A DNA stretch of 32,000 nt from Phycisphaera mikurensis NBRC 102666 (GTDB taxonomy: Bacteria > Planctomycetota > Phycisphaerae > Phycisphaerales > Phycisphaeraceae): assembly GCF_000284115.1 (NCBI RefSeq), contig NC_017080.1, positions 270,001 to 302,000 on the forward strand, written 5' to 3'. The stretch's first letter is position 1; each line of letters begins with the position of its first letter. Position numbers and translations under genes: made by a program. Positions 6,914 to 15,683 of this stretch are shown in pieces. Below the pieces are notes generated by a model. The model did not search any database and had not been told where the DNA came from. It saw nothing but the letters and a program-made list of their open reading frames with translations.

Positions 6914-9829
6914 TTACTTGTGTCCCTTGCTTGGGGAACGCTCAGCTGGACGTAGCGGCAGCCGCTCCTCCTCCTCGAGCGTCATGCGACCGCTGCCGCC
7001 GCGGTGTGTGCTCCAGGCGAGCGATCCGTCGGATTCGAGCGTGATCTGCACCATCCCGACCGCCGCGGACGCGAGACGGACACGCGGATTCTCCTCCAGA
7101 ATCGCACGCCACTTGTCGCGTTCGAGCCGGCGTCGTCCGGTGCTCTGCAGCAGGATTGCGGGGTCGGCGGCGGCGAGCCAGTCGGGGCTGGCGCGGACGA
7201 CGCTGCCGTGGTGGGGCAGATCCGCCAGAGTCGACCGCAGCGGCGCTCCCGCGGCGAGTAACGCGGTGATGGCGTGCTGCTGGATGTCGCCTGAGAGCAG
7301 GATCGACCGGGCGGGGCGCTCGGTTTGCATCTCGGCGGGCAGTTCCACCCGGAGCACGATCGAGTGGTCGTTGGAGTTGCGCGCATCCGCGAGCGTGAGG
7401 CCGGGCGGGGGCCAGAGGACACGGCAGGCGGCGCCGATCGTGCCGATTCGCCAGGTTCCCCCGGCCGTCACCTCCCCGAGCGGGATCCGGCGGGCGGCGA
7501 GCCCGTCGAGCAGGACGGCGGCGGCTCCTGCCGGGAGGTCCCGCGCCTCGTTTGTGACCTCCGGCGAGCAGAGCACTCGGCCGATCGGCAGTGCATCGGC
7601 AAGCTCCAGCACACCGGAGAAGTGATCCAGATCGGCGTGGCTGATGACCAGGGTGTCGATGCGGCGGACGCCGAGCGCCCGCAGCGCCGGAGCCACCTCG
7701 CGCTCGCCGACCTGCGCGATCGTGCTGGACCCGCAGTCGAACATCAACGTTCCGCCACCGCTCTCGACGAGCCACGCGGACCCGTCGCCGACGGCAAGCA
7801 TCGTCAGCCGCAAGTCCGGCGGCGAGTCAAATCGTTCCTGAACGCCCTGCGTCACCGCGAGCGACCCGGCGAGCAGCAACGCCGCAGCGACCAGGAGTCG
7901 GGGCCGCGGGCGGCCACTGCCCACACCGTGGAGCAGAGCGATCACGAAGAGCAGGGCGGCGAGAGTCCACAGCAGAGGAACAGGTCGCGCCGGAACCCAC
8001 GCAACGCCGGGCAGCGACGCGGCGAGCCGGACCAGCGAGGCGCTGAACGCGAGCGCGACCGACAGCGGTCCCGCCAGCAGCGAAGAGGCCTCCGGCCAGA
8101 GCATCCCGATCGCGAGCTTCAGGTGCCCGAGACCCAACACGAAGCCGAACAGCGGCCAGGAGAGAACGGAGCCCGGCACGGCGAGCGGCGAGAAGATGCC
8201 GAAGTGGTGGAGCACGAGCGGCGCGGTCGCGGCGGCGGCGGCGAGGCTGACCCCGATGATCTCGAAGAAGCCGCGCTGCACGGCGCCCGCGGGGGTGCGG
8301 CCGGTGGCCGCGTCGGTGACCAGCGGCGGGGGGTGCAATCGCTCGGCGATGGGCTTCGCGAAGCGGACGATCGCCCAAACCGCGAGGAAGGACAGCTGGA
8401 ACCCCGGCGCGAAGAGGTCGTGCGGCCGCCAGGCGAGAACAGCGAGCGCGGCGATCGTCAGGGCGCGGCCGGCTGGGAGGCGACGCCCGAAGACGGAAGG
8501 CCCCAGGAAGCAAGCCGCCATCAGCGCCGCCCGGAGCACGGGCACGCGGACCGGCACGAGCAAGAGGTAGAAGGCGACCGCGGCGAGCACCGCGAGCGTG
8601 GCGGTCCGGGGGTGCACGGGCAGGCCGCGGCAGACGCCGACCATCAGGAGCACGAGCACGCCGAGGTGAGCACCGCTGATGGAGAGCAGGTGCGAGAGGC
8701 CGACCACGCGGAAGTCTTCGCGCAGGTCGTCGAGCACCACGTCCGCCCGGCCAAGCAGCAACGAGCCCAGCAGCGCGGCCGGTCCGGATCCCGATTCGAA
8801 GCCGCGTTCGAGCCCGTTCCAGGCGCGGGTGCGCAGCGCCTGCCGCAGGAGCGCGGCGTCCCGGGCGAGGTTCTCCTCGGCGAGGCGCACCTCCACGCCC
8901 GTGGCCTTGCGGACGGTGAGGCGACCCGCGATCCCAGCCCGCTCCATCGCGGCGGCAAAATCGTATGAGCCCGGATTCTCCGCAGGCGTAAACGCCTGCA
9001 GCTTGCCGGTGACCCGCACCCGCTGGCCTTCTGCCAGCAGCGGAGCCGGCCGGTTGACCTTGAGCAGGACCGTGCCCCGGGCGGGGATCATCCCGCCGGC
9101 CGCTGCGTCGAAGCGGCCGGAGACCTCGAGGCGTCCGAGGGTGCGTGGCCGGCGGTAGTTGAAGGCAGCGAACGCGCCGCGGTCGGCCGCTTTGATCTTC
9201 ACTGTGCCGACGAGCCTGCCCTCCAGCACCACCGGCACCGCGACGGGTCCGACCAGGCGCGCGACGTCGTCGCGAGCCAGCCGCTCGGCCGCGACCGAGG
9301 ACCACGCGGCGTAGCCGAGCAACAGCGCGAGCAGCGGGAGGGCCGCTGCGCCCCGGGTGCCGCGGACCGCCGGCGTTCGTGGTTCTGCTGCCACGCGATC
9401 CGCGTGGAAGCGCCGCACGGCGAGCGTCGCCAGGAGCCCGGCGGCGGCGGCGGCGAGCACGACGAGCACCGCCGGCCGCCACGCCTCGGCCGTCACCCAT
9501 CGCAGCTGCGCGAGGCCGTGTGCGACCAGCACCCCGCCGATGGCGGCGGGTGCGGCCAGCCGCCACGCCCACCCATCCGCCGTCGGCGCGGTCGCGTCGC
9601 CCGAAGCCTCGGACGGATCCCCCGGGGCCGATGGCCGGCTCACCCGCTCCGCTCCAGAGGACCTCGTCCGCCCGCGCGACGCAACGCAAAGGCCGACGCC
9701 GAAGCCGCACGATGGCGCAGCCGCCTCGAGCGAGCGGGCGGCCCTGCGGGCACCACCGACCTCCGGGAGCGGCCGGAGGATCCCGCGGAAGCGGGTGGCG
9801 GTTCGACCGCGGGCGGGGCTCCGCCACAC
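6914..9829 (-). CDS. comEC: ComEC/Rec2 family DNA internalization protein with C-terminal metallo-beta-lactamase-like domain
   Basis: Competence-domain motif GLSHLLSISGAHLGVLVLLM, many transmembrane helices, C-terminal LAVGDGSAWLVESGGGTLMFDCGSS...LVISHADLDHFSGVLEL...LLSGDI...DLPHHGS. The exact start is uncertain; the first ~60-80 aa are low-complexity. Confidence 0.88.
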   Translation of the reverse strand: MWRSPARGRTATRFRGILRPLPEVGGARRAARSLEAAAPSCGFGVGLCVASRGRTRSSGAERVSRPSAPGDPSEASGDATAPTADGWAWRLAAPAAIGGVLVAHGLAQLRWVTAEAWRPAVLVVLAAAAAGLLATLAVRRFHADRVAAEPRTPAVRGTRGAAALPLLALLLGYAAWSSVAAERLARDDVARLVGPVAVPVVLEGRLVGTVKIKAADRGAFAAFNYRRPRTLGRLEVSGRFDAAAGGMIPARGTVLLKVNRPAPLLAEGQRVRVTGKLQAFTPAENPGSYDFAAAMERAGIAGRLTVRKATGVEVRLAEENLARDAALLRQALRTRAWNGLERGFESGSGPAALLGSLLLGRADVVLDDLREDFRVVGLSHLLSISGAHLGVLVLLMVGVCRGLPVHPRTATLAVLAAVAFYLLLVPVRVPVLRAALMAACFLGPSVFGRRLPAGRALTIAALAVLAWRPHDLFAPGFQLSFLAVWAIVRFAKPIAERLHPPPLVTDAATGRTPAGAVQRGFFEIIGVSLAAAAATAPLVLHHFGIFSPLAVPGSVLSWPLFGFVLGLGHLKLAIGMLWPEASSLLAGPLSVALAFSASLVRLAASLPGVAWVPARPVPLLWTLAALLFVIALLHGVGSGRPRPRLLVAAALLLAGSLAVTQGVQERFDSPPDLRLTMLAVGDGSAWLVESGGGTLMFDCGSSTIAQVGEREVAPALRALGVRRIDTLVISHADLDHFSGVLELADALPIGRVLCSPEVTNEARDLPAGAAAVLLDGLAARRIPLGEVTAGGTWRIGTIGAACRVLWPPPGLTLADARNSNDHSIVLRVELPAEMQTERPARSILLSGDIQQHAITALLAAGAPLRSTLADLPHHGSVVRASPDWLAAADPAILLQSTGRRRLERDKWRAILEENPRVRLASAAVGMVQITLESDGSLAWSTHRGGSGRMTLEEEERLPLRPAERSPSKGHK

Positions 9830-9936
9830 CGGGCGAGATTCGGAAGATGCATGCCGGACTCAGGGGCGGGTCGAAGCTCCCAACCTACGCCCGGCACGCC
9901 TCGGGCCAAACGCCGCCGTTGCGACCGCCGCCGGGA

Positions 9937-12315
9937 TCAGCCCGCCACGCGCGGTGCGGGCAACGCCGCCTCGAGGCACGCGAGCAGCGAAAGCAGCCAC
10001 GACAGCGTGGCGTCGGCGCCTTGGTTGGGATCGACGCCGCCGGGCAGCAGCCGGTCGCAGCAGCCGCCGGTGATCGGGTCGTAGAGCGGCTGCCTCAGGT
10101 CGTTGTCGCCCTGGAACCACTGCAGGCACCGCTCCGCACGCTCGAGGTACTTCGCGTCGCCGGTCACGCGGTGGGCCTCGAGGTTCGCCTCGACCGCGCC
10201 GGCGGCTTCCATGGGGAGCTGGTGGAACCGTGCTTTCTCCCCTCCACGCGGGTACCAACCCTCGGTGCCGATGGGCGCGAAGCGGCCGTCCTCTCCGGTC
10301 TGCACGCCGTTGAGCCAGTCCAGCGAGGCCAGCGCCTGCTGGATCATCCCGTCGTGGAACATCCACCGACCGGACAGCAGCAGAGCGTGCGGGAGGCGGG
10401 CGGCGGTGTAGGTCAGCTCGTCGTTGGGCCACGGCCACTCGGGGGTGCCGTTGGTGACGAAGGCACCAAACAGGCGGTGGGCGAGGTCCTCCCGCAGCTG
10501 GCGCGCGTGGGTGTCGCCGCCGAACCGGCGGAGGTAAGCGTGCACGCCGATGAGCGCGTAGGCCCAGCCGTGCGGGTGCTCGAAGCGGCCGCACCCGCCC
10601 AACGCCGCGTGGAACAGCTGGGCGGCCAGCGCGCGGTGCCCGGGCTGGTGGCTGCGGGCCACGCACTCGCCGAGCGCGTGGATCGCCTTGCCGTGAGCGT
10701 CCTCGCTGGTCGCACGCCCGAGGTCCCGCGGATCGCCGGAGTCCCGCAGGCGCCAAGCGCGGTCGTAGGTCAGCGACTCGGTGAAGCGGCCGGTGGTTGC
10801 GTCGAACGAGTGGTCGATGAAGGAGAGGTACGTGCTCGCCAGCTCGTCGAGCCGCTCGTCGAAGCGGCCGCTCGCTTCGATGTGATCCTGCGCCGTGAGC
10901 ACGGCGATGAGGGCCCGGGCGTTGTCGTCCACGCGGTAGCCGCCGCGTCGATCGGGCACGCTGTGGCGGGCGTGGACGAGCATGCCGGCGGAGTCGGTCA
11001 GCCGGCGCAGGTGATCGAGCTTGACCGGCGGCAGTTCGTCGCGCGTCACCCCGCCGGCGAGCCGCTCGGCCGCGGCCCGGGCGGCGCGCGTGCCGCCGCC
11101 GGCCCCCGCGAGCGGGCGGGGATGCGCCCGACGCTCGCTTTCGACCTGTCGGCAGACCTCGAGGTACTGCTCGGCCACCCGGCCCCAGGTCATCGGACGG
11201 GTGTGCTTGTAAGCGGCCTTCCGCATGGCGTGGCGGTGGGTGTCGTGGTCGAAGAGCTTGTTGATCGCGTTCGACAAGGCGGCCGGATCCGAGAAGGGCA
11301 CCAGCTCCCCGCGGCCGTCGGCGAGCAGCTCCTGCGCGTGCCAGTACGGCGTCGAGATCGTCGCCTTGCCGGCCCCGAGGGCGTACGCCAGCGTGCCCGA
11401 GGTGATCTGCGCCTCGTTGAGGTACGGGGTCACGTAGAGGTCGGCGGAACCGAGGAACTCCATGAGCTCGTCGGTCTCGACGAACTTGTTGAACCACTTG
11501 ACGTGCTTGTCCACGCCCAGCTTCCGAGCTTGGCTCTGCAGGCCGCTGCGGTAGTCCTCGCCGGAGTGAGCGAGGATCCCCGGGTGCGTGGCGCCGAGGA
11601 CGACGTAGACGACGTCGGGGTGCTTCTTCACGACCGCGGGCAGGGCGTCGATCATCGCCTCCAGCCCCTTCCCCGGAGAGAGGAGACCGAAGGTCAGGAT
11701 CACCCGCTTGCCCTCGACCCCGAATTGATCTTTGTAGAAAGCCGGATCGACGAAGGGAACCTCGTGGATGCCGTGGGGGATCAGAGCGATCTTCTCCCGC
11801 GGAACGTTGTAGATCTCCGTGAGGAACGCGTAGGCCCGGTCGGCCATCACCACGACTTTGTCGCAGAGTTGCGCCAGCTCGGCCAGCACCTCCTTCTGGC
11901 GGACGCTCGGATCTTTGAGCACGGTGTGGAGCGTCGCCACCGCGGGCATCCGGAGGCGGCGAAGCAGCTCCAGGACGTGCGCGCCGTGGTCGCCGCCGTA
12001 GATCCCGTACTCGTGCTGAACCGACAGCACGCCGCCGGGTCCCATGTTCAGGAAGTCGGCCGCGAGCCGGTACTCCGCAAGCCGCTTCTCGTTGATCTCG
12101 AAAGCCACCCGGGGCCCATAGCGGTAACCCTCGGGCCGATCGTTCATCGCGATGGCTTGCACCCGATCCGGGCCGCCACGGCGGTGTTCCCGCTCCCGCT
12201 GGACCCGCGTCGCCAGCGCTTCCGCGAGGTCGCGGCTGAAGGTGGCGATGCCGCACCGCCGCGGCGGGTAGCTGCCGAGGACGGTGACAGGGCCTGAGGA
12301 GGACGTTTCTGCCAT
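9937..12315 (-). CDS. GT4-type glycosyltransferase fused to C-terminal six-hairpin/alpha-alpha-barrel glycosidase-like domain
   Basis: MAETSSSGPVTVLGSYPPRRCGIATFSRDLAEAL...VQHEYGIYGG...LTFGLLSPGKGLEAMIDALP... (GT-B), then GGYRVDDNARALIAVLTAQ...AWRLRDSGDPRDLGRATSEDAHGKAIHALGE...GWYPRGGEKARFHQLPMEAAGAVEANLEAHRVTGD... The supplied ORF extends upstream through a repeat region. Confidence 0.85.
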   Translation of the reverse strand: MAETSSSGPVTVLGSYPPRRCGIATFSRDLAEALATRVQREREHRRGGPDRVQAIAMNDRPEGYRYGPRVAFEINEKRLAEYRLAADFLNMGPGGVLSVQHEYGIYGGDHGAHVLELLRRLRMPAVATLHTVLKDPSVRQKEVLAELAQLCDKVVVMADRAYAFLTEIYNVPREKIALIPHGIHEVPFVDPAFYKDQFGVEGKRVILTFGLLSPGKGLEAMIDALPAVVKKHPDVVYVVLGATHPGILAHSGEDYRSGLQSQARKLGVDKHVKWFNKFVETDELMEFLGSADLYVTPYLNEAQITSGTLAYALGAGKATISTPYWHAQELLADGRGELVPFSDPAALSNAINKLFDHDTHRHAMRKAAYKHTRPMTWGRVAEQYLEVCRQVESERRAHPRPLAGAGGGTRAARAAAERLAGGVTRDELPPVKLDHLRRLTDSAGMLVHARHSVPDRRGGYRVDDNARALIAVLTAQDHIEASGRFDERLDELASTYLSFIDHSFDATTGRFTESLTYDRAWRLRDSGDPRDLGRATSEDAHGKAIHALGECVARSHQPGHRALAAQLFHAALGGCGRFEHPHGWAYALIGVHAYLRRFGGDTHARQLREDLAHRLFGAFVTNGTPEWPWPNDELTYTAARLPHALLLSGRWMFHDGMIQQALASLDWLNGVQTGEDGRFAPIGTEGWYPRGGEKARFHQLPMEAAGAVEANLEAHRVTGDAKYLERAERCLQWFQGDNDLRQPLYDPITGGCCDRLLPGGVDPNQGADATLSWLLSLLACLEAALPAPRVAG

Positions 12316-12505
12316 GGGCGGGGAGGCTAGACGCCCACCGGGCGGCGGCGTGAGCACGACCCCCCGGCCCGCGGCACGCCATGGCCGAGTGCGGCAAACC
12401 CGTCCTTGAAGCCCGCCCGTCCGCTGCCCGCAGGACCTCCACGGCCGCGGGAGGGCAAGGGGGAACGACCGTTCACTGGGAACGGCACCGGACGCACCGC
12501 GTTTC

Positions 12506-12680
12506 AAGCGGCCAAGCCCCTTGAGAGCACGTGAAGGCTTCTCGAGGGGACAGGCCCCTTGAAAGGTGCCACGGCGTGCGGCCGGGCCATCGGGGTGAGC
12601 GCAGGCCTCCTTTCGGGGCGACTCTTTCAAGGGGACAGGCCCCTTCTTTCAAGGGGACAGGCCCCTTGAGAAGGCCGCTT
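12506..12680. repeat. Cluster of REP-like palindromic units related to the 6.8 kb palindrome
   Basis: Units CTCGAGGGGACAGGCCCCTTGA (12541-12562) and two units TTTCAAGGGGACAGGCCCCTT spaced 22 bp (from 12625 and 12647), plus half unit AAGCCCCTTGA (12514-12524). An outer inverted repeat AAGCGGCC (12506-12513) / GGCCGCTT (12673-12680) bounds the block. Confidence 0.85.
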
Positions 12681-12825
12681 GGGCTTAGGGAATGGCCCCA
12701 GAAGTTCCTGCGAGGTCGATCTTTGGCGAGGGGGCCGGCCTCCTGGAGAAGCCTTGGGGGCTTCGGTGGGCCGAGCGGTGGCGGTGGTCGGGTCGCGGGG
12801 GGCCGCACGCTGCCGTCGGCTTGTT

Positions 12826-14688
12826 TCAGCGGGGGAGGGTCGTCTCCAGCACGGCGGCGGCGACGTGGCCGCCGCTGTCGGGGAAGACGAGTCGGACGTG
12901 GGTCGTGTCGCGGAGGAGGCCGCTCGGGACGTCGACCGGGATCATGCCGTAGAAGGTGGGTCGCCCGGCCTGGTCGCCGCCCATCCAGTCCTCGGGGAAG
13001 GGCACGCGCTCGCCGTTGACGCTGAGCTCGGGCGACAGGCTCAAGGCGGGGTCGCGGGCGATCGAGAGGCGGAGGCGGGCGTTGCCTCCGGGGCCGGTGG
13101 GTGTGCCCTGGAAGGTGAAGCCGACGGGCTCCCCCGCGGCGATCGGTTGGAGGTAATCGGTCGCGTAGGTCCGCCTCCGCTGGAGGGTGGCCTCGACCGC
13201 GAGATCGACGCGGCTGTCGATCGTCAGGAGGGCGCTGCCGCCGACGGCCAAGTCGATCGCGGCCGGGACCGCCGGGAGGGCCCGCTCGGTCAGCTGCGGG
13301 AAGCCGCCGTCGGTGGTGAGGCTGCGGAGGGTGACCCTCCCGACGTCGAGGCCGTCGAGGCCTCGCAACGCCACGGCGTGGGCCGCGTCGTCCAGGTTCG
13401 TGAGGACCAGGCTCAAGCGCCGGCCGTCGGCGAGCACGTGAACGCGGACGTCGGGGTCGGTGGAGCTGTGCGAGCGCCAGTCGCCCTCCACGCCTTTCCA
13501 GAAGCGGTAGAAGTGCTCGAGACCCGTGGGCACGTGGTGGTCCGCGCCGCCGTTGCGGCGGAACAGCAGGTAGTCGTAGGGCTCTTCCTCCGTGTTGTCG
13601 CCGAGGCCGTAGGTCCAGTCGCCGACGCCGAGGATGAAGGGGATCGCCTTGAGGATCCGGTCGGGATGATCCATGAAGGTGTGGTTCATCCCGATCATCG
13701 ACCGGAGGATCAGCGCCTCGCGGCGGCCGCGCTCGGGCCAGGCGCGGCCGTTCCGGCTGAAGAGGATGCGCCCGTACTCGGTGATCGTCTGCGGCTTCGC
13801 CACGCCGAAGCGGAGGTGGCTGTACTGGTCGATCAGGTCGAGGATGGCCTCGGTGTTGCTGCCGGTCCGCTCGGTGTGCGTGCCCTCGATGTTGATGCCG
13901 TCGTAGAGGTGCGTGGAGAAGAAGTCCATCTCCGCGCCGGCGACGTCCATGAACATCTTCTGGTTGGCGTGCCACTGCCCGAAGCCGGCGGCCTCGACTT
14001 CGGCCCAGGCAGCCGAGTAGCCACCCACGAGCACGCCGGGCGTCCTCTCGCGGATGGCGCGGGCGGTGACGACGTGCTGCTCGGCCATCTGCCGCCGCGT
14101 GGTGCCGATCTCCGCCGCGTGCACGAAGGGCTCGTTGAAGACCTCGTACAGCCTCGGCCGGTCCGCGTCGGTGTAGAACTCGGCGAGGAAGGTGCTGACC
14201 CAGGCGGCGGCGGCTTCGGGCGTGCGCGGGCCCCAGGCGGTGAAGTCGTTGCCGGGGATGCCCACCATGAACTGCGGGTGCGTGCAGAGCACGACGTCTC
14301 GCATCAGCTCGGGGTCGTGCCGCGGGTTCGCCGCGGCCTCGGCACGGGCCCGGCGTCCCGCTTCGGCGAGCGCGGCGAGGTCGGGCATGCCGGCGTGGTC
14401 CGGGTCGGCGGGGGTGCGGCCCATCCGCCAGGTCTGCACGCCGCCGTCGCGGCCCCAGGCGACGCCGAGCTCCTCGGTCAGGTAGCGGAACTGCTCATCG
14501 GAGGTGTCCGGGTCGGTGGGCGAGCCGTGCAGCGTGATGAACTGCGTGCGGTCGAACGCGGTCACGCCGCCGATGGACAGGGCGGTCCGCGGGTGGACGG
14601 TCACGGTGGCGGTCTGGGCGGTCGCCGAGCACGGGGCCGCCGCGAGCGTGGCGGCGGCGGCGAGGGCGTGGATCTTCGGGAGGCGCAT
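12826..14688 (-). CDS. Secreted glycoside hydrolase family 86-type beta-agarase/beta-porphyranase-like protein
   Basis: Signal peptide MRLPKIHALAAAATLAAAPCSATAQ. GH86-like segments ITLHGSP, RDGGVQTWRM, YEVFNEPFVHA (candidate acid/base Glu), MDFFSTHLYDG, RTGSNTEAILDLIDQYSHLRFGVAKPQTITEYG (candidate nucleophile Glu), FMDHPDRILKAIPFILG. Confidence 0.75.
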   Translation of the reverse strand: MRLPKIHALAAAATLAAAPCSATAQTATVTVHPRTALSIGGVTAFDRTQFITLHGSPTDPDTSDEQFRYLTEELGVAWGRDGGVQTWRMGRTPADPDHAGMPDLAALAEAGRRARAEAAANPRHDPELMRDVVLCTHPQFMVGIPGNDFTAWGPRTPEAAAAWVSTFLAEFYTDADRPRLYEVFNEPFVHAAEIGTTRRQMAEQHVVTARAIRERTPGVLVGGYSAAWAEVEAAGFGQWHANQKMFMDVAGAEMDFFSTHLYDGINIEGTHTERTGSNTEAILDLIDQYSHLRFGVAKPQTITEYGRILFSRNGRAWPERGRREALILRSMIGMNHTFMDHPDRILKAIPFILGVGDWTYGLGDNTEEEPYDYLLFRRNGGADHHVPTGLEHFYRFWKGVEGDWRSHSSTDPDVRVHVLADGRRLSLVLTNLDDAAHAVALRGLDGLDVGRVTLRSLTTDGGFPQLTERALPAVPAAIDLAVGGSALLTIDSRVDLAVEATLQRRRTYATDYLQPIAAGEPVGFTFQGTPTGPGGNARLRLSIARDPALSLSPELSVNGERVPFPEDWMGGDQAGRPTFYGMIPVDVPSGLLRDTTHVRLVFPDSGGHVAAAVLETTLPR

Positions 14689-14708
14689 GTCGGTGGGGGC
14701 TGCGGGAG

Positions 14709-14733
14709 AGACACCAATATGGTTGACAATCAG
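14709..14733 (-). promoter_or_regulatory. AT-rich, partly symmetric patch upstream of the GH86-like gene, candidate promoter/operator
   Basis: Reverse strand CTGATTGTCAACCATATTGGTGTCT contains the near-palindrome ACCATATTGGT. It is locally AT-rich in a very GC-rich background, about 20-45 nt upstream of the ATG. Confidence 0.25.
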
Positions 14734-15569
14734 CCATCGCGTGCGGGCCCGAGGGCCTGCGCCAGGTCCACCCGTTCCAGCACGCCGAGGTCGGTCCGGC
14801 GGCTCGCGTTGAGCACCTCCCCGCCGGCGGCCTCGAAGGCCCGGCGGGCGGCGGTGAAGGCGGCGGCTTGCCGATCGAGGCGGGGGAACGTCCACGCCTC
14901 GCCCGCGGGGCGGTAATCGGCGGAGAAGTGGTTGCGTTCGCCCCCGCCGATCAGCTGCCGGCCGTGGAGGGTGGCCACCGCGTCCGCGTGCTTCCTGGGC
15001 GTGTGGAAGCGGAAGTCGACGCCGAGGAGGACCACGCGGCGGACGCCCATGAAGTACGCGGCCTGGAGCTGGTCGTGGAGCACGGTCGACCCGCCGTAGA
15101 CGCCGACCCGCAGGTCGGTGGAGAAGTACCCGCGGCGGCGCGCGGGGTCGGTGAGGGGGCGCGGGAGCTGCTTGAGCCAGACGGCGTCGACGCCGGGGAG
15201 GAAGCGCTGGCAGCAGTCGGCGAGCAGGGGGACGGCGCCGGGGTTGGCGGCGAGCAGCGCGGCGCCGTGCTGGCGGGCCACCTCCACGTCGGCGACGTGG
15301 AAGTACGTCGGCCTCCAGGGCGTGTGCGGGTAGATCAGGTGGATCTTGTTCGAAGCGAACGAGAGGCGTCCCGCGATCGCGGTGAGATCCGCGGCGGCGA
15401 GGCTGGGCCCGTTGCCGAGGAGGAAGGCGGTCTCGCCGGCGTGCCGGTCCCGGAGGCGCTCGACGGCCCGGTCGTTGGCGGTGAGCGGCGGGAGCCTCGC
15501 CGTCGCCAGGCGGCGCAGGCGTCCGGCGTGGCGTCCGGCGTAGGCGAGTGCTCGGGCGGCGGGGTGCAT
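14730..15569 (-). CDS. DUF115 / MptE-like (6-hydroxymethylpterin pyrophosphokinase-like) protein, probable glycosylation-related
   Basis: GETAFLLGNGPSLAAADLTAIAG...SFASNKIHLIY...YFHVADVEV...MGVRRVVLLGVDFRFHTPRKHAD match the GNGPSL-containing DUF115 pattern. Confidence 0.7.
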   Translation of the reverse strand: MHPAARALAYAGRHAGRLRRLATARLPPLTANDRAVERLRDRHAGETAFLLGNGPSLAAADLTAIAGRLSFASNKIHLIYPHTPWRPTYFHVADVEVARQHGAALLAANPGAVPLLADCCQRFLPGVDAVWLKQLPRPLTDPARRRGYFSTDLRVGVYGGSTVLHDQLQAAYFMGVRRVVLLGVDFRFHTPRKHADAVATLHGRQLIGGGERNHFSADYRPAGEAWTFPRLDRQAAAFTAARRAFEAAGGEVLNASRRTDLGVLERVDLAQALGPARDG

Positions 15570-15683
15570 GCGGGGCGGCAGGAGAGCGTGGGCGGGCGGC
15601 GGTGTCGAATCCGGTGCCGCCGCCGCGGGGCCGGCCGAATTGCCGCGCCGCCGGAGCGGGGGCGTCGCCCGGGGCGGCGCCGG

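Noticed and set aside
9379-12297. 972-aa plus-strand ORF opposite comEC and the glycosyltransferase fusion
   Set aside because: Antisense shadow ORF typical of very high GC DNA. Low-complexity composition (Arg/Gly/Pro/Ala/Val) with no domain motifs, while the minus strand carries clear family motifs.
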